Shown: in pieces, positions 20,327 to 30,288 of the stretch
How the letters are laid out: every line of letters begins with the position of its first letter
How positions within the stretch are numbered: the first letter of the stretch is position 1
Assembly: GCA_902625725.1 (NCBI GenBank)
Contig: CACOCY010000003.1
Span: forward strand, 146,905-210,904
DNA length: 64,000 nucleotides
Origin: an uncultured SAR116 cluster alpha proteobacterium
Lineage (GTDB): Bacteria > Pseudomonadota > Alphaproteobacteria > Puniceispirillales > Puniceispirillaceae
Direction: 5' to 3'
Notes under the pieces: generated by a model
Seen by the model: the letters and a program-made list of their open reading frames with translations, nothing else
Told to the model about the DNA's origin: nothing
Databases searched by the model: none
Position numbers and translations under genes: made by a program

Positions 20327-21421
20327 GTGTTTTATTTAACTCCTAGAAAAGAAATACCATTTAGCTTTCGGATAGCCATTCCTGCTATATCGATCGTTTT
20401 AACAATTGTATTTGGCTTTCTCATTTTCAGTATTTTGGGCTACGACCCCGGTAAGGCACTTTATCATTTTTTTCTATCTCCTCTTTCCCGTGTGGACAAA
20501 ATAGCCGATCTATTTGTGAAGGCCTGTCCACTAATGATAATCGGCACGGGGTTAGTCCTCTGTTTCAGAGCAAATATTTGGAACATAGGCGCAGAAGGAC
20601 AATTAATTATGGGAGCGGTATTTGCTGGCGGACTTGCACTATCATTTCCAAACAATCAATCTATCTTATTGCTGCCTTTCATGGCTATTTTAGGGTTTTT
20701 AGGAGGTGCATTATGGGCGCTTATACCAGCGATTCTTAAGATAAAACTTCGTACAAACGAAATTTTAGTAACACTAATGCTAACTTATGTAGCAAGTTTA
20801 TTCATAGATTGGCTGGTCAGAGGACCATGGCGAAGTCCAACATCATTTGGTTTTCCCTTGACTGAGTATTATCCTGAAGCAGGTTTAATTTCTAAAATTT
20901 ATTTTCCAGGCATTGGAAATATTAGCCAGCTTCATTGGGGAGTTGCTGTAGCTATTTTTGTATGTATATTCTGCTGGTTCACAATGGAGAAAACAATTTT
21001 TGGCTTCCAATTTAAGCTAATAGGAGATAGTCCCAACGCTCTTAAGTTTTCCGGCTTTAACGAATCTAATACAACTCTAGTATTATTTGTTATCTCAGGT
21101 GGGCTAGCAGGGTTAGCAGGAATGATAGAGGTATCTGCAAATATTGGTCAACTTCAGCCAAACATATCCTTTGGCTATGGCTTCACAGCAATTATCGTTG
21201 CTTTTCTTGCTCGGCTTAATCCTGTAGCTGTAATTATTTCTGGTTTATTAATTGCCCTAATTGAAGTGGGTGGAGATTCTGCCCAAATTGCTTTAGCTAT
21301 TCCAAAAGTTGTAACAGGAGTATTTAAAGGAATACTATTATTTTTGCTTCTAGCAGGCGAAACGTTAACCAAATATGAGATTAATCTCAGTCATAATCAA
21401 AAGAGTGATCTAAATGATTGA
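20327..21421 (+). CDS. ABC transporter permease (BMP-type importer)
   Basis: 364-aa polytopic membrane protein. 3-nt gap after the ATPase gene; overlaps the next permease gene by 8 nt. Confidence 0.8.
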   Translation: MFYLTPRKEIPFSFRIAIPAISIVLTIVFGFLIFSILGYDPGKALYHFFLSPLSRVDKIADLFVKACPLMIIGTGLVLCFRANIWNIGAEGQLIMGAVFAGGLALSFPNNQSILLLPFMAILGFLGGALWALIPAILKIKLRTNEILVTLMLTYVASLFIDWLVRGPWRSPTSFGFPLTEYYPEAGLISKIYFPGIGNISQLHWGVAVAIFVCIFCWFTMEKTIFGFQFKLIGDSPNALKFSGFNESNTTLVLFVISGGLAGLAGMIEVSANIGQLQPNISFGYGFTAIIVAFLARLNPVAVIISGLLIALIEVGGDSAQIALAIPKVVTGVFKGILLFLLLAGETLTKYEINLSHNQKSDLND

Positions 21422-22322
21422 CGCACTTATATTAACTATTCTCATGACCTCAGTACCCCTGATACTGGCAGCAACAGGTGAGCTGGTTGTTGAAAGAAGC
21501 GGTGTTTTAAATCTTGGTCTTGAAGGTATGATGCTCATGGGGGCAGTATCTGCTTTTGCGTTGACATATGCCTCTGGGAGCTTAATTGTAGGGTTACTGG
21601 CAGGCATTGTTGCTGGATGCCTCACAGCCGCTATTTTTGGTTTCTTTGTATTAGGGTTAGCCACGAATCAGGTTGCGACTGGTCTAGCTTTAACAATTTT
21701 TGGCACTGGTCTTTCTGGATTAATTGGTTCAGATTTTGTTGGTAAAGCTATAAAAGGTCTTCCAACGTTATTTCCTGAATCTTTCAGCAATATTCCATTA
21801 ATCGGGGTATTTTTTGCTTTAGATGCGATTGCCTATTTATCCATTCTAATCGTATTTCTTGTATGGATAATTCTCTTTAAATCTAAATATGGTTTGATTC
21901 TTCGAGCTTCTGGAATTAGCCATAATAGCGCTCATTCACTTGGTTACAAAGTTTTGAATGTCAGATGGTGCGCCGTTTTATTTGGTGGTATGATGGCTGG
22001 CTTGGCCGGAGCATATCTCCCATTGATGTTAACACCTCATTGGTCTGAGGGAATGACCAGTGGACGCGGCTGGATTGCTTTAGCTCTTGTTGTTTTTGCA
22101 TCATGGATGCCATCTAGAATTATTTATGGTGCAATATTATTTGGAGCCATAACTATCATGCAGCTCGCAGGTCAGGCTCGGGGGTGGACTATTCCACCTC
22201 AGTTTTTGTCATCGTTACCCTATGTTGCTACCATTATTGTGCTTGTTTTAATTTCCAGCAGAGGATCAGCAAAATATTTAGCACCATCTGATTTGACGAG
22301 GCCATTCATAGCTTCAAAATAG
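21414..22322 (+). CDS. ABC transporter permease (BMP-type importer)
   Basis: 302-aa polytopic membrane protein, the second permease of the cluster. Confidence 0.8.
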   Translation: MIDALILTILMTSVPLILAATGELVVERSGVLNLGLEGMMLMGAVSAFALTYASGSLIVGLLAGIVAGCLTAAIFGFFVLGLATNQVATGLALTIFGTGLSGLIGSDFVGKAIKGLPTLFPESFSNIPLIGVFFALDAIAYLSILIVFLVWIILFKSKYGLILRASGISHNSAHSLGYKVLNVRWCAVLFGGMMAGLAGAYLPLMLTPHWSEGMTSGRGWIALALVVFASWMPSRIIYGAILFGAITIMQLAGQARGWTIPPQFLSSLPYVATIIVLVLISSRGSAKYLAPSDLTRPFIASK

Positions 22323-22455
22323 CCAAAAAGACCTATTTTGGCCTTAAGTATTAAATATTAATATCATAGTCTTTTTTAAATTTATTTACCGCACAGCTTT
22401 TTTTTCATATTATTAGGCATAACAGTGTACACTTTAGTAATTCGAGGTTTGAATA

Positions 22456-23577
22456 ATGAAAAATAACAGATTTATAATTTTTGCGGGATTAATAGCGATA
22501 GTTGCCATCGTTTACTATTTCGCCACAAATGTGGAACAGCTAGACGATGAAGATAAAACAATGAAAGTTGCTTTTGTCTATCTTACTAATCCAGGTGACC
22601 ACGGATGGACATATGCTCATGAGGTTGGTCGCCTACAGGTGCAAGAACACTTCGGTGATAAGGTTGAGACATCCTATGTTGAAAACGTTCCAGAAGGACC
22701 AGATGCAACTCGAGTAATTCGTGAGCTTGCTCAAAACGGCAATGACATGATCTTTACTACGTCGTTCGGCTATATGGAACCAACCTTGAAAGTTGCTAAA
22801 GAATTCCCGGATATCAAATTCGACCATATCACTGGTTATATGCGTGCTGAAAATATGGCTACTGGTAACATTCGTTTTTATGAGGGTCGATTCGTTCAGG
22901 GAGTGGTTGCAGGTCTAACAACTAAATCAAACAAAATTGGCTATGTTGCTGCATTCCCTATCCCAGAGGTAATTCAAGGAATAAATTCATTTGCACAGGG
23001 ATTAAGAAGCGTAAACAAAAATGCAACTATCTCAGTTGTATGGGCAAACACCTGGTATGATCCTGTCAAAGAAGGAGACGCGGCAAAAGTACTTATTGCT
23101 GAAGGTGCTGATGTATTAGCACAACATACCGATAGCCCTTCAATGCTACAAACAGCGGAAAAGGCTGGTGTGCATGGCTTTGGGCAATCATCTGACATGC
23201 ACGATTTTGCGCCAAGTGCTCAACTTTTTGCATCTGTGAACAATTGGGGTCCTTATTATATTGCTCAAATCGAGAAAGCGATGGATGGTTCTTGGACCAC
23301 TGGCGAAGGCCCAGATCATTGGGCAGGGAATACTTGGAAAGGACTAAGTGACGACTTTCTTGTTTTGACTGACTTTAAAAATATGCCTGCTAGTGTGGCC
23401 AAGGCTGCTCAGGAAGCTAGAGATGGGATTGCGGATGGAAGTATTAATATCTTTTCCGGTCCTATGATGGATAATGAGGGGAACCAAATACTTGCAAGTG
23501 GTGAAGTACTAGATGACGGAGGTTTATGGGCCATGAATTACTATGTCGAAGGCGTGATCGGCAAAATTCCAAATTAA
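22456..23577 (+). CDS. BMP-family (basic membrane protein / PnrA-like) substrate-binding protein
   Basis: N-terminal membrane anchor/signal, then the FVYLTNPGDHGWTYAH... and GYVAAFPIPEVIQGINSF patterns typical of BMP/Med purine-nucleoside binding proteins. Confidence 0.8.
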   Translation: MKNNRFIIFAGLIAIVAIVYYFATNVEQLDDEDKTMKVAFVYLTNPGDHGWTYAHEVGRLQVQEHFGDKVETSYVENVPEGPDATRVIRELAQNGNDMIFTTSFGYMEPTLKVAKEFPDIKFDHITGYMRAENMATGNIRFYEGRFVQGVVAGLTTKSNKIGYVAAFPIPEVIQGINSFAQGLRSVNKNATISVVWANTWYDPVKEGDAAKVLIAEGADVLAQHTDSPSMLQTAEKAGVHGFGQSSDMHDFAPSAQLFASVNNWGPYYIAQIEKAMDGSWTTGEGPDHWAGNTWKGLSDDFLVLTDFKNMPASVAKAAQEARDGIADGSINIFSGPMMDNEGNQILASGEVLDDGGLWAMNYYVEGVIGKIPN

Positions 23578-23592
23578 TGTAAACAATGTATT

Positions 23593-23625
23593 GGAAGAGA
23601 ATCTTTTTTCTCTTCCGATTTTTCT
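23593..23625 (+). terminator. Rho-independent terminator after the binding-protein gene
   Basis: Perfect 9-bp stem GGAAGAGAA / TTCTCTTCC (23593-23601 / 23608-23616) with a 6-nt loop, followed by GATTTTTCTG. Confidence 0.7.
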
Positions 23626-23640
23626 GAATTAATTGAGTAA

Positions 23641-24996
23641 ATGGCAACACTTCTCCTAAAAAATGCTGCATTAATCGCAACTATGAATGATGCCAATGAG
23701 GAACTAAATAATTCTTCTATTTATTGTGAAAATGGAATAATTAAGGAAATTGGTCCATTTGACACCCTACCTAATAAAGCCGACAAAATTATTGAATTAT
23801 CAGATTCAATAATTATTCCAGGTATGGTTAACACCCATCATCACCTCTTTCAAAATTTGACTAGGGTGATTCCAAAGGCACAAAATGAAAGCCTTTTTGG
23901 CTGGCTCACGACACTATACCCTATTTGGTGTGGATTGGGTCCAAGACATGTTTACATATCGTCAGCTGTTGGATTAGCCGAGCTTGCTCTATCTGGATGC
24001 ACAACATCGACTGACCATCAATATTTATTTCCTGGAGGCTCTAAACTAGATGACTCGATAGAGGCAGCAATGGATGTTGGCATAAGATTTCAACCTACGA
24101 GAGGCTCTATGAGTATTGGGGAGTCAAAAGGTGGATTGCCTCCCGATGAGCTTGTGGAAAATGAAAAAGATATTTTGAATGACTGTGAACGCGTAATATC
24201 TCAATTTCATGATAATAGTCCTAATGCTATGATAAAAATCAGCCTCGCTCCCTGTTCTCCATTTTCTGTCAGTAATGATTTGATGATCCAAACCGCTTTG
24301 CTAGCTAGAGAAAATAATCTTAACATGCATACACATTTGGCAGAAAATCAAGAGGATATTGAATATTCACTTGCTAAATTTAACATGAGGCCAGGTGAAT
24401 ATGCTGAGAGTCTCGGCTGGCTCGGGGATGACGTTTGGCACGCTCATTGTGTTCAATTAGATAGCGAAGAAGTTAAATTATTTGGTAAAACAAATACCGG
24501 TATTGCTCATTGTCCATCTTCAAATATGCGACTAGCAAGTGGTATCGCACCTTTATTGGAGATGTTTGAGCATAATGTCAGGGTCGGTCTTGGCGTTGAC
24601 GGCTCTTCTTCTAACGATAGTGGACATATGTTAAATGAAGCACGCCAAGCAATGTTACTTCAAAGAGTTAAACATGGTGCATCAGCTATAACCGCCAGAC
24701 AAATCCTTAAAACAGCAACTAGAGGAGGGGCAGAAGTATTGAGACAAACAAATATAGGTCAGATAGCCCCGGGTTTCGCAGCAGATATGGCTATTTTTGA
24801 CATGCACTCTGTTGATCTTGCTGGCACCCATTCTGATCCACTTGCTGCGCTAGTTTTTTGTGGGCCAGTAAAAACCAAACATACGATTATCAATGGCAAA
24901 CTAATAGTTGAAGATGGACACCTTACAACAATAAATTTAAATTCTATTCTGCGAGAACATCGTAAGCTATCAATAGGACTTCTCAATTATGCGTAA
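23641..24996 (+). CDS. Amidohydrolase of the 8-oxoguanine/guanine deaminase group
   Basis: 451 aa. Metal motif VNTHHHLFQNLTR, HTHLAEN, HCVQL and GVDGSSSND; amidohydrolase-superfamily deaminase layout. Confidence 0.75.
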   Translation: MATLLLKNAALIATMNDANEELNNSSIYCENGIIKEIGPFDTLPNKADKIIELSDSIIIPGMVNTHHHLFQNLTRVIPKAQNESLFGWLTTLYPIWCGLGPRHVYISSAVGLAELALSGCTTSTDHQYLFPGGSKLDDSIEAAMDVGIRFQPTRGSMSIGESKGGLPPDELVENEKDILNDCERVISQFHDNSPNAMIKISLAPCSPFSVSNDLMIQTALLARENNLNMHTHLAENQEDIEYSLAKFNMRPGEYAESLGWLGDDVWHAHCVQLDSEEVKLFGKTNTGIAHCPSSNMRLASGIAPLLEMFEHNVRVGLGVDGSSSNDSGHMLNEARQAMLLQRVKHGASAITARQILKTATRGGAEVLRQTNIGQIAPGFAADMAIFDMHSVDLAGTHSDPLAALVFCGPVKTKHTIINGKLIVEDGHLTTINLNSILREHRKLSIGLLNYA

Positions 24997-25005
24997 AACC
25001 TCTCA

Positions 25006-25917
25006 TCAAAGTGTCCAATTTGATAACTGACCTGCTACTGAAAGAGCTATTCTAAATGGCTCATCTCCAGTAATTTCTGGCAAGCCAATAGGACAGATTA
25101 TTTGTTCAATATCATTTAATGAAAATCCTGCTTTAACAAGCTGCGTTCTAAATCTAACCTTTTTTGTTTTTGAGCCAATCAACCCTAGTTTATAAAATCT
25201 ATTATCCTTTAGCAGGGATTGTATAATGGCTAAGTCCAGTGCATGTGAGTGGGTAAGTATTAAATGTATCCCGCCATCTGGAAAATTCTTGATTAGCCTT
25301 GTAGGATCTTTTGTCCAGATAGCATTTACATCATCGTCAATTATGTTAGGAAAGCGTTCTCTAGCAATATCAATCCAGTAGCGAGTTAGAGGTAGTGATT
25401 TTGTAGAGGAAATAATTTCTCTACCTGTATGACCGGCACCCCAGATAAACAGGTTTGTTTTTGTATCAATCACTTTCTCTTGAAAAAATTTTTTCTCGTC
25501 CAAAGATAAGGACTGGTTCCCCTCATATGGAAATTTATCTGTAAAAAGTTCGTGTATCAAATTACGAGCCTGCTCTAATTTCCTGATTTCCATAATATCA
25601 GAATAATGAAAATATTCTATAAGCGCATTCACACTCCCTCCACAACATTGACCCAGAGAGGGCCCAAGTGCAAATTTTCTAACTTCACGTCCAAATTTTT
25701 TCAATGTGGCTAGATGTTCACGACAAATAGAAGTAATTTGGTATTCGAGTTGCCCTCCTCCTATACTCCCGAACATGTGATTTTCTGTCACAAACATCTG
25801 TGAATTTGCTTTCCGAGGTGCTGAGCCCTTTGTAGAAATAATGACTACTCTTGCCACCTTATTATATTTAGAAAGCTTGTCTATTATCTGCTCGATTTTT
25901 GAGTTCACTTCACCCAT
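25006..25917 (-). CDS. xdhC: Xanthine dehydrogenase accessory (Mo-cofactor insertion) protein XdhC
   Basis: 303 aa downstream of xdhB. It has an XdhC/CoxI-type N-terminal domain and a Rossmann-like C-terminal half (FIWGAGHTGRE). Confidence 0.75.
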   Translation of the reverse strand: MGEVNSKIEQIIDKLSKYNKVARVVIISTKGSAPRKANSQMFVTENHMFGSIGGGQLEYQITSICREHLATLKKFGREVRKFALGPSLGQCCGGSVNALIEYFHYSDIMEIRKLEQARNLIHELFTDKFPYEGNQSLSLDEKKFFQEKVIDTKTNLFIWGAGHTGREIISSTKSLPLTRYWIDIARERFPNIIDDDVNAIWTKDPTRLIKNFPDGGIHLILTHSHALDLAIIQSLLKDNRFYKLGLIGSKTKKVRFRTQLVKAGFSLNDIEQIICPIGLPEITGDEPFRIALSVAGQLSNWTL

Positions 25918-25941
25918 ATTTAATAGCTATTTCTGAAATAA

Positions 25942-28230
25942 TCACTGCTGTGTAAAATATATCTGTTCGGTGGTAGCCGGACTATTAAGACCGGGATATT
26001 TCTCTTTAACGGATGCCAGCGCATGCGAATAGGCAAAAAAAGCGCTCATTGCCAACATAAATGGCGGCTCACCAACAGCCTTTGAACGATTTATAGTTTC
26101 TGCCAGATTGCCGCCGCTTTTATAAAAATCAACGTTCCACTGAATTGGCGCATCAGAACAAGTAGGAATTTTATATGTTGCGGGGGAATGTGTCATCAAA
26201 GTACCATCATTTGCATAAACTAATTCTTCCATGCTCAACCAACCAAGGCCTTGAACAAACCCTCCCTCAATTTGTCCTTTATCAATTGCTGGGTTAATGG
26301 ATCGACCAACATCATGCAATATATCAACACGGATTACCCTATTTTCTCCCGTCAATGTATCAATTACAACTTCACTAACGGCTGCTCCATAAACAAAATA
26401 ATAAAATGGCCTTCCTTTTCCTTTTTCATCATCCCAGTATATATCTGGCGTCTTGTAAAATCCGGTAGAGGATAAGGAGATACGGCCCATCCAACATTTT
26501 TCAGCGGCTTGCGAAAATGTCATTTTTTCTTCACCAAATATAATTATTTTTTCATCTAAAAAAAGAACGTCTGAACAATCGCACTGATAAAGTTGACTTA
26601 GATAACTTATCATTCTTTCTTTAATTTGAGATGCGGCAATGTAGGCCGCCATTCCGTTAAGGTCTGTTCCAGATGAAGCGGCTGTTGCAGAGGTATTGGG
26701 CACTTTATTCGTATCTGTAGCACTAATTTTTACGTTACCTGAGCTAATACCAAACGTTTCGGCAACAATCTTTCTTACTTTGGTAAATAAACCTTGTCCC
26801 ATTTCAGTACCACCGTGATTTAGAAATACGGACCCGTCAGAATACACATTAACCAATGCACCTGCCTGATTAAGCATCAGTTTATTGAATGAAATACCAA
26901 ATTTGACAGGGGTCAGTGCAATCCCTCTTTTTATGGTATTGGAAGTTTTATTGGATTTTTCTATTTCTTTTCTTCGATTTTGATAATCAGATGATTTTTC
27001 TAACTTAACTGTGAGGTCATTTATTATACAATCTGTTATATTCTGACCGTAAGGTGTTTGTTGCTGTGTCTGCTTTGTTTTTTCACTGTCAGAATAAAAA
27101 TTTCGTTTTCTTACAATATATGGGTCTAGTTTTAAAAAGTGAGCTATTTCATCAATAACACGCTCCATAGCTAACATACCCTGCGGACCACCAAATCCTC
27201 TAAAGGCAGTATTTGACGGAGTATTTGTTTTATATAAATTTGCAATAAATTCAGCATTTGGGATGTAATAACTATTTTCAGAGTGCATGAGTGCCCTCTC
27301 TGCTATTGCACCAGACAAGTCCATTGACATCCCACATCGCATATCATGTTGAATGCGCAGGGCGTTGATAACACCATTTTTATTAAAGCCAACTTTGTAA
27401 GAAGAGACAAAATCATGCCTTTTTCCAGTAATTCTCATATCATCATCACGGTCATAAACTAATTTACAGGGCCTACCCGTTTTTTGAGCAGCAATTGCAA
27501 CAATACAAGCTGGCAAATTAGCCTGGCTTTCCTTGCCTCCAAATGCGCCACCCATTCGTCTTACCTCTACGGAGACATTATGAAATGGGAGGCCTAAGAC
27601 ATTAGCAACTTTATGCTGTATTTCTGAAGGATGTTGGGATGATACAAATATCTGAATATCATTATTCTCTTTCGGCATTGCCAAAGCTACCTGTCCCTCC
27701 AAGTAAAAATGCTCCTGCCCGCCGATTGAGATTTCACCATCTATGATGTGGTCGCAATGATTTACAGCCGATGCGAAATCACCCTGCGAAACTACTTTGG
27801 GAGGGCACAAGAGAGATTTATTTTGTTTTGCTTGCTTCAATGTGATGATAGGTGGATTTTCTAAATAAGTAACATCAGCCTTTTTAATTGCTTTTTTTGC
27901 CAATTCTATGGTTTCAGCAATTACACCAAAAATTACTTGCCCGTTATAAAAAACATTGCCTTCAGCAAAAATAGGATCATCTCCGAAGATCGGACTAGCA
28001 TCATTTATACCTGGAATGTCTTTTGCTGTGATCACATCAATTATACCTGGCATTTTTTTCACTTCGTCTAGCTCCATCGTAGTGATTTTGCCATTCGCTA
28101 TCCTACTCAATCCAAGCAATATATGTAAACAATTTGACGGAACTGAAATATCATCTACATAAATGGCACGACCAGTTACGTGCAACATAGCACTGTCATG
28201 AAATTCGTGTTTGGGACTGCTCTTAGACAT
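25942..28230 (-). CDS. xdhB: Xanthine dehydrogenase molybdopterin-binding subunit
   Basis: 762 aa with GGAFGGKE, FRGFGGPQG and GEPPF motifs of molybdenum hydroxylases. Confidence 0.92.
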   Translation of the reverse strand: MSKSSPKHEFHDSAMLHVTGRAIYVDDISVPSNCLHILLGLSRIANGKITTMELDEVKKMPGIIDVITAKDIPGINDASPIFGDDPIFAEGNVFYNGQVIFGVIAETIELAKKAIKKADVTYLENPPIITLKQAKQNKSLLCPPKVVSQGDFASAVNHCDHIIDGEISIGGQEHFYLEGQVALAMPKENNDIQIFVSSQHPSEIQHKVANVLGLPFHNVSVEVRRMGGAFGGKESQANLPACIVAIAAQKTGRPCKLVYDRDDDMRITGKRHDFVSSYKVGFNKNGVINALRIQHDMRCGMSMDLSGAIAERALMHSENSYYIPNAEFIANLYKTNTPSNTAFRGFGGPQGMLAMERVIDEIAHFLKLDPYIVRKRNFYSDSEKTKQTQQQTPYGQNITDCIINDLTVKLEKSSDYQNRRKEIEKSNKTSNTIKRGIALTPVKFGISFNKLMLNQAGALVNVYSDGSVFLNHGGTEMGQGLFTKVRKIVAETFGISSGNVKISATDTNKVPNTSATAASSGTDLNGMAAYIAASQIKERMISYLSQLYQCDCSDVLFLDEKIIIFGEEKMTFSQAAEKCWMGRISLSSTGFYKTPDIYWDDEKGKGRPFYYFVYGAAVSEVVIDTLTGENRVIRVDILHDVGRSINPAIDKGQIEGGFVQGLGWLSMEELVYANDGTLMTHSPATYKIPTCSDAPIQWNVDFYKSGGNLAETINRSKAVGEPPFMLAMSAFFAYSHALASVKEKYPGLNSPATTEQIYFTQQ

Positions 28231-29740
28231 TTTGCAAACTATCGGTTGCTGGCTTTACAACTATATTATCAATTGCACCACCAGCTAAATAACTGGTGGA
28301 TTTTCCTGCAATTTTATCACACGCTTTTAAAAATAAATTAAATGCCATTTCATACCTATATTCACGGCTAGCTCTAACATCTGTAATGGGTTGAAAATCC
28401 TCTTCGATTGCTTTTTTACAATCATCTAAAGAAAGATTTCTTAAATCCTTACCAATCAAAAGCTTACTTAAATTGGAGGCTTGTTTTGGAATAGCTGCCA
28501 TACCGCCATAAGCAATTTGGGCTTTTTGAATAATCCCCTCATTGCTTATTGAAAAAAGGAAAGCTCCCATTACAGCAGATATATCTTGGTCAAATCTTCT
28601 TGAAATTTTATAGCATTCAAATTTTTGATTTTTTTCCAATTTAGGTACATAAACTGATTGAACAAATTCACCTTTTTTAAGTTCCTGTTTACCATACGAA
28701 ATAAAGAAAGACTCTATGGGAATAACTCTTTTCCTCCCCAAATGATTAAGTATTAGTGATGCGCCCAAGGCAATAAATGCGGGTGATATGTCAGCTATTG
28801 GAGAACCATTTGCAATATTGCCGACTACGGTTCCGCTCGCCCTTACCTGTTCAGAACCAAACCTTCTCCATAATTCCCATAATCCCTCAAAATGAGGTCC
28901 CAGTTTCTGCATTGCGACATCGTGAGATACTGAAGCACCGATCTCAAAACCAACCTCATTCTCATTCAGAACATCTAGTTCCTTTACATTTCCAAAGTAT
29001 AATAAATGCTCTATTTCCATATGCTTTTTTGTGACCCAAAGACCAATGTCTGTAGCGCCAGACAAAATTAATGGCTTACTTTCCCGAAGTATTTCAACGA
29101 CTGTGTTTATGTCTTTGGGAGAGTCAAATCTGAACTGGTGTTGGCCATTTTTTCCATTAATAGACAAAAAATCATTTTTCTGGTTTTGGATCACGAATTC
29201 TTTTTCCGCTTGCAGGTAACTATTGTCTCGTTCTTCTTCAGCTATTTTGCTAATTTGATTGGCTGCTCTTTTTATTGGACGATAACCGGTACAACGACAT
29301 AAGTTACCTGCAAATAAATCGTCAATGTTTGAGGACCCCAATTTCTGGTTCTTGCACCATGCTGCGTAAAGAGACATCACAAAACCAGGAGTACAAAATC
29401 CGCATTGTGAAGCGTGGTTTTCTATGAATGCAGTCTGTACTGGGTGCAATTCTGTTTCATTGTAAGCTAGTCCTTCGACCGTTCGCACCGAACACCCATC
29501 AAGCATTGGCAGAAATAAAATACAGCTATTAACCGCTCTCCATATCACTGATTTTGAACTATGTTCATATTTACCAATTACTACTGTACATGCACCGCAA
29601 TCTCCCTCCGCACAGCCTTCTTTCGTACCGGTGAGATTTTTATAATCTCTTATCCAATTCATTAGCGTGAGAGCTGAAAAGACAGGAGGTATTCTCTCTA
29701 TTTTTCCATTCAACATTAAAATAATATCTTCACGCATCAT
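28223..29740 (-). CDS. xdhA: Xanthine dehydrogenase small subunit (2Fe-2S + FAD)
   Basis: CAEGDCGACTV and CGFCTPG ... CRCTGY iron-sulfur motifs followed by an FAD-binding domain. Overlaps xdhB by 8 nt. Confidence 0.92.
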   Translation of the reverse strand: MMREDIILMLNGKIERIPPVFSALTLMNWIRDYKNLTGTKEGCAEGDCGACTVVIGKYEHSSKSVIWRAVNSCILFLPMLDGCSVRTVEGLAYNETELHPVQTAFIENHASQCGFCTPGFVMSLYAAWCKNQKLGSSNIDDLFAGNLCRCTGYRPIKRAANQISKIAEEERDNSYLQAEKEFVIQNQKNDFLSINGKNGQHQFRFDSPKDINTVVEILRESKPLILSGATDIGLWVTKKHMEIEHLLYFGNVKELDVLNENEVGFEIGASVSHDVAMQKLGPHFEGLWELWRRFGSEQVRASGTVVGNIANGSPIADISPAFIALGASLILNHLGRKRVIPIESFFISYGKQELKKGEFVQSVYVPKLEKNQKFECYKISRRFDQDISAVMGAFLFSISNEGIIQKAQIAYGGMAAIPKQASNLSKLLIGKDLRNLSLDDCKKAIEEDFQPITDVRASREYRYEMAFNLFLKACDKIAGKSTSYLAGGAIDNIVVKPATDSLQNV

Positions 29741-29930
29741 GATAACCTTAATTATAGAGGGTTTGAAATATTTTGAATTACAAAGCCCAGTTGGAACTAC
29801 TTTAAAATTAAGCTTTTTAAATTTAAAGTAAAGATTTTCTGCAATTTAGAATGAGAAGTCAGTTTCATTTGTATTTTACTAATTAACGTTTTACTCTGAA
29901 TTTGAGAATAATCTGGAATAGAATATAGCA

Positions 29931-30278
29931 ATGAATGATGGATACCTTACAACCCATGTTCTCGATATCAGTGTTGGCCAACCAGCGAGCGCTATCCCTA
30001 TCACGCTTCTCTACAATGATAAGCAAACTGTTCATAAAACTATTACAAATAGCGATGGGAGAACAAATAAGCCGATGCTATCAGGAGCAGAATTTAAAAA
30101 AGGAAAATATTCACTTATTTTCAGTGTAAAGAACTATCTAAAAAATAATCATCGACTTGTTGATGAACCCTTCTATGATCAAATAACGATTGAGTTTGTC
30201 ATTAGAGATAACACTGAACATTACCATGTTCCACTATTATTATCACCCTATGGATACAGCACATATAGAGGGAGTTAA
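29931..30278 (+). CDS. uraH: 5-hydroxyisourate hydrolase (transthyretin-like)
   Basis: 115 aa. HVLD near the N-terminus, HYHVPLLLSPYGYSTYRGS at the C-terminus (YRGS signature). Confidence 0.9.
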   Translation: MNDGYLTTHVLDISVGQPASAIPITLLYNDKQTVHKTITNSDGRTNKPMLSGAEFKKGKYSLIFSVKNYLKNNHRLVDEPFYDQITIEFVIRDNTEHYHVPLLLSPYGYSTYRGS

Positions 30279-30288
30279 AGTAAGCTTT

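Noticed and set aside
22322-22342. 7-bp hairpin GCCAAAA-AGACCTA-TTTTGGC starting at the stop codon of the second permease.
   Set aside because: The stem is A/T-rich and no T-run follows. It may modulate read-through into the binding-protein gene, but the evidence is insufficient.
30190-30288. N-terminal 33-codon extension of the puuD ORF overlapping uraH. The 64-aa ORF at 29935-30129 is a related case.
   Set aside because: The extension would overlap uraH by 89 nt. An in-frame ATG at 30289, 11 nt after the uraH stop, gives a sensible start. ORF 29935-30129 is an alternative frame inside uraH.
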